Below, one piece after another: positions 1 to 9,177 of a DNA stretch of 64,000 bases. The notes beneath the pieces were generated by a model. The model saw nothing but the letters and a program-made list of their open reading frames with translations, searched no databases and was not told the DNA's origin. Position numbers and translations under genes: made by a program. The stretch comes from Caecitellus pseudoparvulus (lineage: Eukaryota > Protista > Bigyra: Bicosoecida), in assembly GCA_965644315.1 (NCBI GenBank), contig CBFFRQ010000089.1:434001-498000 (forward strand). The letters run 5' to 3'. Numbering within the stretch: position 1 is the stretch's first letter; the number at the start of each line of letters is the position of its first letter.

Positions 1-3000
1 GCGTCCACCGCTGCCGGCGCCTGCCTGCGTCGTCTGCTGCGACCTGCCGACCCACCCTGCGCTGAGGCCAAGGGCAAGGCGCGACGGCAGGTGCGGGGTC
101 CCTTCGCCAGCCTGCTGGGGCTGTACAGCCACGGCATGGGCGCACTGGCACATGCCTTCTTGCACTGGGCGTCGCCTGTGACCAGCACGGGCGCGCCGCT
201 GGGGCGCATCATCCCACCGCATGCCACCCGCCGCCTGCAGCTGCTGTTTCACGCCGACCCCGTCGTGCTGTACAACCGCAGTGTCAGTTCCTGGGCCCAG
301 CGCACAGTGGGGAACGGGACGTCTGCGCAGGCCCATGCGGCAGTGGTGAGCACGGTGGGGGCGCTGCTGTTCGAGCTGGGAGTGCGTGCGAGCGAAGAGG
401 CGACGGGGGCGGCCAGCGTGTCGCAGGCGCCGAGCGGCACCTCGCACAGCCTGGACCTCGGCAGCCTGGGCGACGAGGCGGTGCGAACGGGGGATGCGAC
501 CGCCTCCGAATCCAGTGGGGATGAGGGGGGGGGCGTGTCCACTGATGGCAGGGCGCTGTCCCAGCTGCTGCGCGAAGGGGCGGCTGACTCGCCCGGCGCG
601 CCGCCGAAAACCGCACTGAACCAAGCAACCACCCTGCGAGGGGGCGGGGCAGGGCATGGGCCGCCCTCCACCTCCCGCCTGGGGCTGGGCTGGCGGCGGT
701 GTGGGCTGGCAGTGTCCCAGGCCGTGTTCGGGTCGCAGTGCGACCTGGCGGGACACACCATGGCTGCGCTTGCGGGAGAATTCTCCCGCACCCCCTCAGG
801 TGGCTGGGCCGCCGCCCCCACTGGCGTCGCCCTGCCGCCCACACACGTCAGTTTGCTGCCGGCACTGAGTGTGTGCACTGTGGTGGGTGTGGAGCCCCTG
901 CCCTCCATCCCCTTCAACATGCTGCTGAGCGTGCTGCAAGGTATGGAGGGGCGGGCAGCGGATGCCATGGGGGTGTCAGGCCCCCCCTCCACACCCCTCA
1001 TGGGGGCCTCCCGCACCTCCCAGCGCCCGCCCACGCCCAGCAATGCCGCAGACATGAGCCAGCTCGCCGGGGCAGGCGCTGGGAAGGCGGGGAACACGAC
1101 GGCCTCCGGTCGCTGGGCGTGGGGTCGCGCGGGGGCGTTCGCGCCTTCCGCAGCTGCCAGCGTCTCGGGCGCAGGGCACATGAACGCATCCACACACAGC
1201 AGTGCCAGCCCTGCCCCAACAGGTGGGCCCACCTCCCCCGGGCGTTTCATCATGCCGCGCCTGGCGTTCTTTTCACTGTTGCGCCGGGAACGCCTGGCCG
1301 ACCTGCGGTTTTTGCACCGCCCCGTCCCCGACCGTGTGCTCAAGAGCCTGGGCCTGGGGCCGGCGCTGAAGCACTACCCACGTGCCGTGCGACCACGCAA
1401 GCCCCCGACGGTGGAACAGTTGTTCCAGACCAAGTCTGCCATGCAGCAGCAGACGTTGCGGGGGGGGGCGCCTGTGCCCGACAGCGGCAACGCGCGTGAC
1501 GCGCCCGCTTCTCCCCCCACCAAGCCCCAACTGCAACCCCTGACTCCCCGGCAACGCAGCGTGTCTCGCGGCACCCAGTCCACCCCCGCTGCGGCCCAGG
1601 AAGTCGCTGGCACCGCCCGCGACCTCACCACCACCAGCCTGTCGCAGCGACAACCCTCCCTCAACGTGACCCTGCAAGCCGGCGCCAGCACAGGCCTGAC
1701 CGCCGTGGCTGACGTGCAGCTGGCGAAAACGCCCCTGCGCCCCACCACTGCCAAGCGCAGTGCCAGCGTGCAGGACCGTCGACACGCCTCAGGCCACCGC
1801 ATCCTGCACCGACACGCCGCCGCCATGCAACCCTCCAAACTCGCCCTGCCAGCGGTGGGTGCCATTCTCTCCGCCGCAGACGACAGCCAGTTTGGGGCAC
1901 AGGTGGAGGCGGCACCCCTGTCGCGACTGCTGCACCGGGATGACTGGGCATTTGAGGACCGAGTCGTGCTGCACAGCGTGAGTCAGGGTGGCACCATGTA
2001 CCGCAGGTGGCTCTGGTGCAACTGGCCCGTGTTGGCTTCCCATCGCCACCTGGGCACGACCCTGCTGGGACTGCAGGCGCACCTCATGCAGGGGGGCAAG
2101 GTGCAGGGGTTGGGGTCGCTGGGGGCACTTGTTGCCGCAAAAAGTGCCCTGAAGTCCCTCCTCCGCACACCCAAGCCGGCGCCCACCCCAGCGCCGTCGC
2201 CCCTGCGGCCCCTGGGCCCACCGACGACGGGGGTGGGCCCAGGGCCCGAGGCAGTCGATGACGTCACGGCTGCTGCGAACAAGGCCCAGAGCCTGAACAC
2301 GTTTGTGCGTGAGCGGCAGTTGATGGGGGTGCTGTTCGGCACCGTCGCAGACACATCCGCAGCTAAACAGGCCAGCGGGGCGGCAGAGTCGCTCCCGGCC
2401 AGCCCCAGCGTGGCAGCTGCTGCTGCTGCACACGGCATGGCGCGGGAGCCGGGTGCTGACGTGGCGGGTGTCGGGAACATCTCCCGCCTGGGAGACGTGC
2501 TGTCGGCGACGAGGTCGCACGGCGACCGGGCGAAGATGACCGCCGCCCTGGGCGACATCCGGCGGGGTCTCCCCGCCCATGCCTTCAACCCCCAAACTGG
2601 CCTGGCAGTGACGCGCAGTGAGCTGCAGACCATGGCTGTGCGTGCTCGCATCATCACCCTGCGTGAGCAGTGCGACGCCCTGTCCAAGGCGTGCGCCACA
2701 GAGCAAGCCGCCATCACGGCAGCCGAGAACAGCCTCGCGGCGGCAGGGCGGAACACGGACATCGCCGCCGCTGAGAGCGAAGCTGCCAAGGTCATGGCCG
2801 CCTCCCTGCAGGTGCGTCTGGACGCAGTCACCGCCAGTTTGCTCGTGGCAGAGCGGAATCACGACTGGACAGCGGCGGTGGTGGGCATGGCCCGCGCCAA
2901 CCCCGGGCCAGACGCAGCCTACCTGCGAGAAGTCAGTGCCGCACTGCGCACACTGAAGGCGGCACAGAAATCTTTGGCAGAGGGCGTCGTCGCGCTGCGT

Positions 3001-6000
3001 TTCGAGCTGGCGCGGGCCGTGCGTCGCACCATCCCCGAACTGCAAGCGGCGGTGCAGGCTGCCGCTGCCACGCGGAAAACCGCCAAACAGCGCTTCATCG
3101 CAGCCGCCGAGACGGCACTGAATGCGAGGGCGGAGCAGGCAGCACGGGCAGAACGCGCAGCTCGCATTGAAGCTGATGCGCTGCGGCAGGCGGAAGCCGC
3201 GGCACATGCGGCACGAGTGGCGGCAGCGTTCGAGCTGTTGGAGAGTGCTGTGCGTGAGGGGGGCAAGAAGGGGGGTGCGGTGGGGGGCGCCACCCGGAAC
3301 ACGGGCGCCCTGGACCCCACCGACTTGCGGAATGCCGAGGGGGCGTTGGACGGCGAGGTGGTCATTGAAGTGCTGCACCCCGAACGCATCAGCGTGCTGG
3401 GCGCAGTGCCACAGCCCTCCCGGGCTGCCCCCTCAGCATCTCGGACATCGGCGCCCACCTCCGCCGTGGCACTTGTTCGCAGTGCCCTGCGGAAATCGAG
3501 GAGCTCCAGCTCTGGAGTCGGAACACACACCACGCCGGGCAGCGGCAAGCGGCGGCGAGGGGCGGGAGCGGGCGCCAGCATCTCAGAGCGTGTTCTGCTC
3601 AGCACCGCCCTGCGACGCTTGGGCCTTGTTCCGGGTGTGGACCTGCCCACCCTGTCCGCGCGGCATGCGGTGGCTCTGAGCCTCCGTGACGTCTTGCGGG
3701 GTCGGCTGGGGTATGTGCTGCGCCTGTACGATGCCTGGTCCGCCCTGGCCATCGACGGCGCCCATGAGCTGGGGGCGGCAGGGAGTAATACGCCAACACC
3801 TGCACCCCGTGAGTCCGCGGGGGAGGGGGAGGGGGCAGGCCCCGGTTCCCAGAAACGCCTCTCCTTCCGCATGATGTTCGACCCCGCCGTGTCCACGTAC
3901 ATGTTCGGGCAGGGGGGGGGCGCGGGGAGTGTTCTGAGTCGAGCCCCATCGCGTGTTCCGTCTGGACCCGGCGCAGGGGATGCCCCTCGGCAGTCCCCGA
4001 CCGGTTCAGAACACCGCTCGGCGACGGCGGGCACGCCCAGTGGGGGCGCGGAACACCGCAGCTCCGCCACCCCCGCCAGCACATTCCGCCCCCCCACGGC
4101 CGGCACAACGCAGCAACCACCAGGGTCCAGCCTGGAACACGCCCTGTCCCGACTGCATGCCGCGCTGGGCAACGACACGGCAATTACCTGGCCGAACTAC
4201 GAGTGGCTACACTCGGTGAGTGGCGCGGCGGTGGGCCCATCGTGGATGACTGGCGTGGCACGGGACACCGTGGCGCACGACCTGAAGGTGTTGTTCCAAG
4301 ACGGAACACAGGCCACCGTGGATGCTGTGCCCTTCATCACCACCTCCTCCCGCGGGGACCCGTTGTGGCAGGCGTACACGTCCCAGCTGCGGGTGGCAGA
4401 CACGCTGACGAAGCAGGTCGCCGGCATCCGCACCGATCTGGCCATGCTGGTGGAGGCGGTGGATGTGGAACGAGCGGCACGGGCGGCAGACGAAACCCAG
4501 CGACGACTGGCACGAGGGGAGGGGGACATGGGCGACTTGCCCGACGCCGATGGTGCCACGGGCGTTTCTGACGCGGACATGAACGCCCTGCAACGCATCG
4601 CAGAGGCGCTGGCGGCGCAGGCCCCCCCCCCATCACCCGACCAGCCCCCCCTACAAGCCTCCTCGTCGTCCCTCACCATCGCACGCCCCCGCCCTCGCGC
4701 CATGGGGGAGGCGTCTGCCCTGCTGGGGTCGGAAATTGACGCGGCCATGCGGCGGCAGTTCCTGACTTCCGCCCTGTCCACCGCCTCCGCCACCCTGCGC
4801 GCGCGGCCAGTGGAGCGCCTGCGCAGCCAAGCCAAGACACTGCAGGCCGACACACGGCGAGTGGGGCAGAGCCTGGCATTCCTCTCGTCACGCCTGCGGT
4901 CGGTGTGCGACTGGGGCCGCCTGGTACACCACCTCACCCGCACAGGCCTGGCGGCGCTGGCGTCCGTGTACACGCTGGACCTGTGCTGGGCGGCGGCATC
5001 CCACGGGGCGGCAGCGGGGGATGGGCCCCGGGATGAGGGGGGCAGCGGCCAGGGCCTGTACCATGCTAGCCACCTCATCCCGCCGCCACAGGGCGCTCCC
5101 GACACCACTTTCGAGTCGGGCAGTCCGAGTGAAGCCCCCCCCACGCCGGGGCACACGGTGGGGTTCGCCATCCCAGGGGACGATGGGCCCATGTCCCCGG
5201 GATCCACACGGCGCAGTGTGTTCCTGGCTCCCTCGCCGGAACGCGGCGGGGAGGCGCCTGACCCTGCGACGCAGGTTGCGGATTTTGCAGAGGTGGCGGG
5301 CAGCTCAGTGGGCGCCATCACGTCAGGCCTCGTCGCAGCGGCGGCGGCCATGGGTGGATACCACACTGGCGCCACCCACCGCGCCACTGAGGCGGTGCGG
5401 GTGTACACGGGGCAAGGCAGGGGCAGCGGCGGTCGGGGCGGTGTCCGCCCTGTGCACATGCCAGGGGGCAGCACATCCTACTTCCAGCTGGCGGCGGCGG
5501 CTGGGCGCATGGGCATGGAGGTGCGCCCATCCACCGCAAGCATGCGCCCACCCACCGCAGAGGCGCCCACCTCCGCCCTCAGCCCCCGCAGTCGCAGCGA
5601 CGAAGACGAGGACGGAGCCGGGGTGGGGTCGCGGACGGGCGGCGGTGGGGCGACATCCGCGGATGGGTGGGAGGCCCCCGATGTCGTGGCGCGTGCCGCG
5701 GGGGGGCTGGCCACCCTGCTGAATGCGACTGTCACGGGCATTTGCCACAAGGCACTGCTGTCCCAGGGCCTCCTGGATGCGCGTGCCGACGTGTACGCCG
5801 TGCTGCACCTGCAGCCCATCCTGGAGTCACTGCAGGCAGACCAGGGCGCAGCGGGGGGATCCCCCGCCACACCAGCTCGCCCCGAGTACGACCGCCGAGG
5901 GCGGGAAGCGGGGGGGGTGGGCCCAGAAAGCCGCTTCTACGCCCAGCGCCTGCAACGTGCGCGGGCGGCGTGTCTGGCTGCGCTGCAGGCAGCTGCCCGG

Positions 6001-6996
6001 GTACTGTTCCGCAAGCAACTGACCCGGGCAGCCCGCCTGGTGCAGACTGCGTGGGCGGTGTTGGCAGATGATCAGGAGGGCTTGCCTGCCATGGCGGGGC
6101 TGCTGCGCAGTCTGGACACGGCGGCACACATGGCCAACGTCAGCGTGCGGAATTTGCAGATGCACGCACACCTGGCAGAGTCTCAGGGGCGCGCCACGGA
6201 CGCGGCGACCACCACGGCCTCCATCATGGAGGTGGCGGCGGACACCGATGCCCTTGTGGAGACAGTGCCTGCCCCGCCAGACTTCATGGCGCGCGCATCT
6301 GCTGCAGTGAGTCGCGCCCAGCTCACCTTCGACCCACTGGCGGCGGACACCGCCCCAGGTGGGGAGGGCTGGGCCCCGGGTCCCAGCACAGATGCCGCCA
6401 TCCACACACTGCTGCGTCGGTCCCAGGCGCAGGGAGGGGGCGGCCCTGCCGCGGCAGAGGGGCAACCACTGCCCTCCCCTGACTCGCCGCCGCCCGCCAG
6501 GCGCCAGGTTCGAGCAGCTGACTCGCCTGGTCGCGGCGACCAGGTGGGGTTCACGGACCTCGCGGCACGGGTGCGGAAGGCCCCCCCGACGTCCCCAGAC
6601 ACCACGGGAGGGGGGGACACGCCCCCCCAGGATGGCATGTTTGGGGGCGGACCCAGTGGCGGCGGAGTCACCCTCTCAGCCACTCGGCGGGCCATGCTGG
6701 CACAACTGGGCCTGGCAGTGCAGTCGCGGCACGTGCACAGCATGGTGTCGCTCCCAGCGTACCTGCTGGGTCTGCGTGTGGGGCGGGGGGGCGATGTGCT
6801 GCCCACAGACCTCCGCCGGCACACGGCAGGGGGCAAGGTGCGTGTGCGCTCCGACAAGGCCCGGGACGTGCCGCCCGCTCTGCAGACCGGCACCATGCAG
6901 TACCGGTTTGTCATGGGGTATGAGCGGGGGGAGACGAAGGACACGGGAGGGGGCGGCGCTGGGTACCTTGGTGGGGGAGACGCTGCGGCGCTGTGA
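1..6996 (+). CDS. Large hypothetical protein (>2300 aa, 5'-partial); Ala/Gly/Pro-rich with central coiled-coil segments
   Basis: Frame 1 is open from base 1 to TGA at 6994-6996. Heptad-like Ala/Glu/Arg-rich stretch at ~2620-3260 (ARIITLREQCDALSK...AEQAARAERAARIEADALRQAE). No catalytic motif recognised. Confidence 0.75.
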   Translation, partial: ASTAAGACLRRLLRPADPPCAEAKGKARRQVRGPFASLLGLYSHGMGALAHAFLHWASPVTSTGAPLGRIIPPHATRRLQLLFHADPVVLYNRSVSSWAQRTVGNGTSAQAHAAVVSTVGALLFELGVRASEEATGAASVSQAPSGTSHSLDLGSLGDEAVRTGDATASESSGDEGGGVSTDGRALSQLLREGAADSPGAPPKTALNQATTLRGGGAGHGPPSTSRLGLGWRRCGLAVSQAVFGSQCDLAGHTMAALAGEFSRTPSGGWAAAPTGVALPPTHVSLLPALSVCTVVGVEPLPSIPFNMLLSVLQGMEGRAADAMGVSGPPSTPLMGASRTSQRPPTPSNAADMSQLAGAGAGKAGNTTASGRWAWGRAGAFAPSAAASVSGAGHMNASTHSSASPAPTGGPTSPGRFIMPRLAFFSLLRRERLADLRFLHRPVPDRVLKSLGLGPALKHYPRAVRPRKPPTVEQLFQTKSAMQQQTLRGGAPVPDSGNARDAPASPPTKPQLQPLTPRQRSVSRGTQSTPAAAQEVAGTARDLTTTSLSQRQPSLNVTLQAGASTGLTAVADVQLAKTPLRPTTAKRSASVQDRRHASGHRILHRHAAAMQPSKLALPAVGAILSAADDSQFGAQVEAAPLSRLLHRDDWAFEDRVVLHSVSQGGTMYRRWLWCNWPVLASHRHLGTTLLGLQAHLMQGGKVQGLGSLGALVAAKSALKSLLRTPKPAPTPAPSPLRPLGPPTTGVGPGPEAVDDVTAAANKAQSLNTFVRERQLMGVLFGTVADTSAAKQASGAAESLPASPSVAAAAAAHGMAREPGADVAGVGNISRLGDVLSATRSHGDRAKMTAALGDIRRGLPAHAFNPQTGLAVTRSELQTMAVRARIITLREQCDALSKACATEQAAITAAENSLAAAGRNTDIAAAESEAAKVMAASLQVRLDAVTASLLVAERNHDWTAAVVGMARANPGPDAAYLREVSAALRTLKAAQKSLAEGVVALRFELARAVRRTIPELQAAVQAAAATRKTAKQRFIAAAETALNARAEQAARAERAARIEADALRQAEAAAHAARVAAAFELLESAVREGGKKGGAVGGATRNTGALDPTDLRNAEGALDGEVVIEVLHPERISVLGAVPQPSRAAPSASRTSAPTSAVALVRSALRKSRSSSSGVGTHTTPGSGKRRRGAGAGASISERVLLSTALRRLGLVPGVDLPTLSARHAVALSLRDVLRGRLGYVLRLYDAWSALAIDGAHELGAAGSNTPTPAPRESAGEGEGAGPGSQKRLSFRMMFDPAVSTYMFGQGGGAGSVLSRAPSRVPSGPGAGDAPRQSPTGSEHRSATAGTPSGGAEHRSSATPASTFRPPTAGTTQQPPGSSLEHALSRLHAALGNDTAITWPNYEWLHSVSGAAVGPSWMTGVARDTVAHDLKVLFQDGTQATVDAVPFITTSSRGDPLWQAYTSQLRVADTLTKQVAGIRTDLAMLVEAVDVERAARAADETQRRLARGEGDMGDLPDADGATGVSDADMNALQRIAEALAAQAPPPSPDQPPLQASSSSLTIARPRPRAMGEASALLGSEIDAAMRRQFLTSALSTASATLRARPVERLRSQAKTLQADTRRVGQSLAFLSSRLRSVCDWGRLVHHLTRTGLAALASVYTLDLCWAAASHGAAAGDGPRDEGGSGQGLYHASHLIPPPQGAPDTTFESGSPSEAPPTPGHTVGFAIPGDDGPMSPGSTRRSVFLAPSPERGGEAPDPATQVADFAEVAGSSVGAITSGLVAAAAAMGGYHTGATHRATEAVRVYTGQGRGSGGRGGVRPVHMPGGSTSYFQLAAAAGRMGMEVRPSTASMRPPTAEAPTSALSPRSRSDEDEDGAGVGSRTGGGGATSADGWEAPDVVARAAGGLATLLNATVTGICHKALLSQGLLDARADVYAVLHLQPILESLQADQGAAGGSPATPARPEYDRRGREAGGVGPESRFYAQRLQRARAACLAALQAAARVLFRKQLTRAARLVQTAWAVLADDQEGLPAMAGLLRSLDTAAHMANVSVRNLQMHAHLAESQGRATDAATTTASIMEVAADTDALVETVPAPPDFMARASAAVSRAQLTFDPLAADTAPGGEGWAPGPSTDAAIHTLLRRSQAQGGGGPAAAEGQPLPSPDSPPPARRQVRAADSPGRGDQVGFTDLAARVRKAPPTSPDTTGGGDTPPQDGMFGGGPSGGGVTLSATRRAMLAQLGLAVQSRHVHSMVSLPAYLLGLRVGRGGDVLPTDLRRHTAGGKVRVRSDKARDVPPALQTGTMQYRFVMGYERGETKDTGGGGAGYLGGGDAAAL

Positions 6997-7130
6997 GCCA
7001 GTGGCATGTGGCCGAGCAAATGCTGGAGCAAGGCACATTCCACGCACAGTCAATTCAACTGAGCTGAAGAGTGCAGAGGCCCTCCCAATACACACATCTG
7101 TACATCAAGGGGCAGTGCACCACGGCAGCC

Positions 7131-8933
7131 ATGGCTGCTGCCAGTGCCACGCCAGCGGCGGCTGGCAGCGGTGCAATTTCCGCAGAGGCGGCGGCAGTGG
7201 CAGGCAGCCGCGGCAACATGCGCGCCATGGCCACGGTGGGGCCGGTGGGGCAGGCCTCCGCTGTGTACGCCAGCCGTTGGCGGTGTGGCGCCTGCAGTGC
7301 CATGAACGCGCCTGCCAAGATGAAGTGTGGGCGGTGCCGAGCAGCCAAGCCTGCCAACGCCTCCACCGTTGTCGTCAAGGCGCCCTCTGCCGCGAGCAAC
7401 TGGACCGAGGCCTTTGACGCGGGGACACAGCAGATTTACTACTACAACAAAGCCACGGGCAAGTCGCAGTGGACTCGGCCGGAGGAGCTGGGGCCGGCGC
7501 CGCACGCAACCGGATGGTGGGTTCGAATTCCGCACACGCAGTGCCCGTGTCCGGCGTCCCCCGTCACCGCCCCGTTGCTCCCATCCCCACCACAGGTTCG
7601 GCCGCGGCGCGTCAGGGAGTCAGGCCGCTCTGCGGTATGCGCAGCTCAACGCAGCGTGGTTGAAACGCCCCGCCCGCAAGCAAAGCGACATTGACTGTGC
7701 GTGTTTGCGAAAGGCGCAGCGCTGAGCCCCCCCCCTCCGCACACACGCCACCCCCCCCCCACGCACACACACACAGTGAAGGCGCCTGGGTACACTGAGG
7801 GGCAGCAGACGTACAACATCTGGTATGGGCGGTATGACGGCAGCACGAAGGAAGGGCGGTTGCTGCCTGGGGAGCCCGCCCCCAGCCGCTGCTGCCTGGC
7901 ACAGGACGCGGGGTGGACACAGGCGGACCGGGAACGCAGTGAGAAACGGTACTTCTGTCTGTTCTTCTCACGGGGCAGCTGTGCCTACGGGCAGCAGTGC
8001 AGCTACCACCACCACCTGCCGGGGCCGGTGGATGAGCGGGGGCTGGAAGGAACACGCGACATCTTTGGTCGCCAGCGACACGCGGAACACCGCGACGACA
8101 TGTCCGGCGTCGGCAGCTACACGTCTCAGTGCCGCACGCTGTACGTGGGGGGCATTCGTGCCGACACGCCCGTGTCTGGTGCCACCCGGCGGGGGGGGCA
8201 GGGTGCCCATGATGCCGTGGTGGAGATGTTGGCGCGGCACTTTGGCGAGTGGGGGGAGATCGAGAACATCAACTACATCGACCGCAAGAGCATCGCCTTT
8301 GTGCGCTACCGCCTGCGCGTGAATGCGGAATTTGCGCACGAAGCCATGGACCACCAAGCCCTGGACGGCAAGGAAGTCATCAACGTGCGGTGGGCGTACG
8401 ACGACCCCAACCCAGTGGCACAAGAAGCAGCTCAGCGGGCGGATGAGGATGCTTTCTTGATTGCGCTGCAGGCGCGCGGCATGACGCTGGTGTCGGATGA
8501 GCAGGCGGCGAGCATGGACCCAGCTGTGAACCCCGCCCTGGCAGGGCTGGAGGGGGGGTCAGCCGCCCCTTCTGGTGAGGGGGGTGGCGAGGGGGGTGAT
8601 GGGGGGGGTCAGCCGGAGCAGGGCGGCGGCAGTGGTGTGGCACTGGAGGCCCTGTCGCAGGATGCGTTCTACCAGGCTGTAGCGGAGGAGGTGGGGGCCT
8701 GTCCCACCCAGGACACGGACAGTCCTGAGTACGCCTCTTGGTATGCGGCGTACACGGCCGCCGCCACACGCCTGTGGCCTGTGTGGCAGGCCAAGGGGGG
8801 CGGGACCGACACAGCTCTAGGCGGCGCCAAGCGGACGCGGGAGGAGGAAGGGGCGGACACCGCCCCTTCGGATGCGGCCGCATCGGATGCCGCCCCCGGC
8901 GCCAGTCCTGCCGCAAAGCGCCCTGCTCCGTAG
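7131..8933 (+). CDS. CWC2: Pre-mRNA splicing factor Cwc2/RBM22-like (CCCH zinc finger + RRM) with N-terminal RanBP2-type zinc finger and WW domain; 3 exons
   Basis: Exons 7131-7516, 7596-7696, 7777-8933 (GT-AG, frame-consistent). Motifs: WRCGACSAMN..CGRC; WTEAFD..YYYNKATGKSQWTRP; RPARKQ; YNIWY; FCLFFSRGSCAYGQQCSYHH; DIFGRQRHAEHRDDMSGVGSY; RTLYVGGI; RRM ending INVRWAYDDPNP. Confidence 0.9.
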
Positions 8934-9177
8934 ACCAGCCTCCAGTTGGTGGGGGCTGTTGGCTCAGCCACCCACTCCGCCACCGCCCCGCAAAATGCAC
9001 CACACAGTGCGAACGGCAACCCCAGCCCCTGCCCGGTGCACGCACTGCCCAGTGCCACGCTTCATCCACGTGCCTCGCTCGCCGTGGTTGGCGGGTGGCC
9101 GCTGCGCGCCCCGCCACCACTACAGCGCCTGGCCGCTGTGCGACTGGCACGCCTCTCTTGCACTTGCCCCGCGCGGC

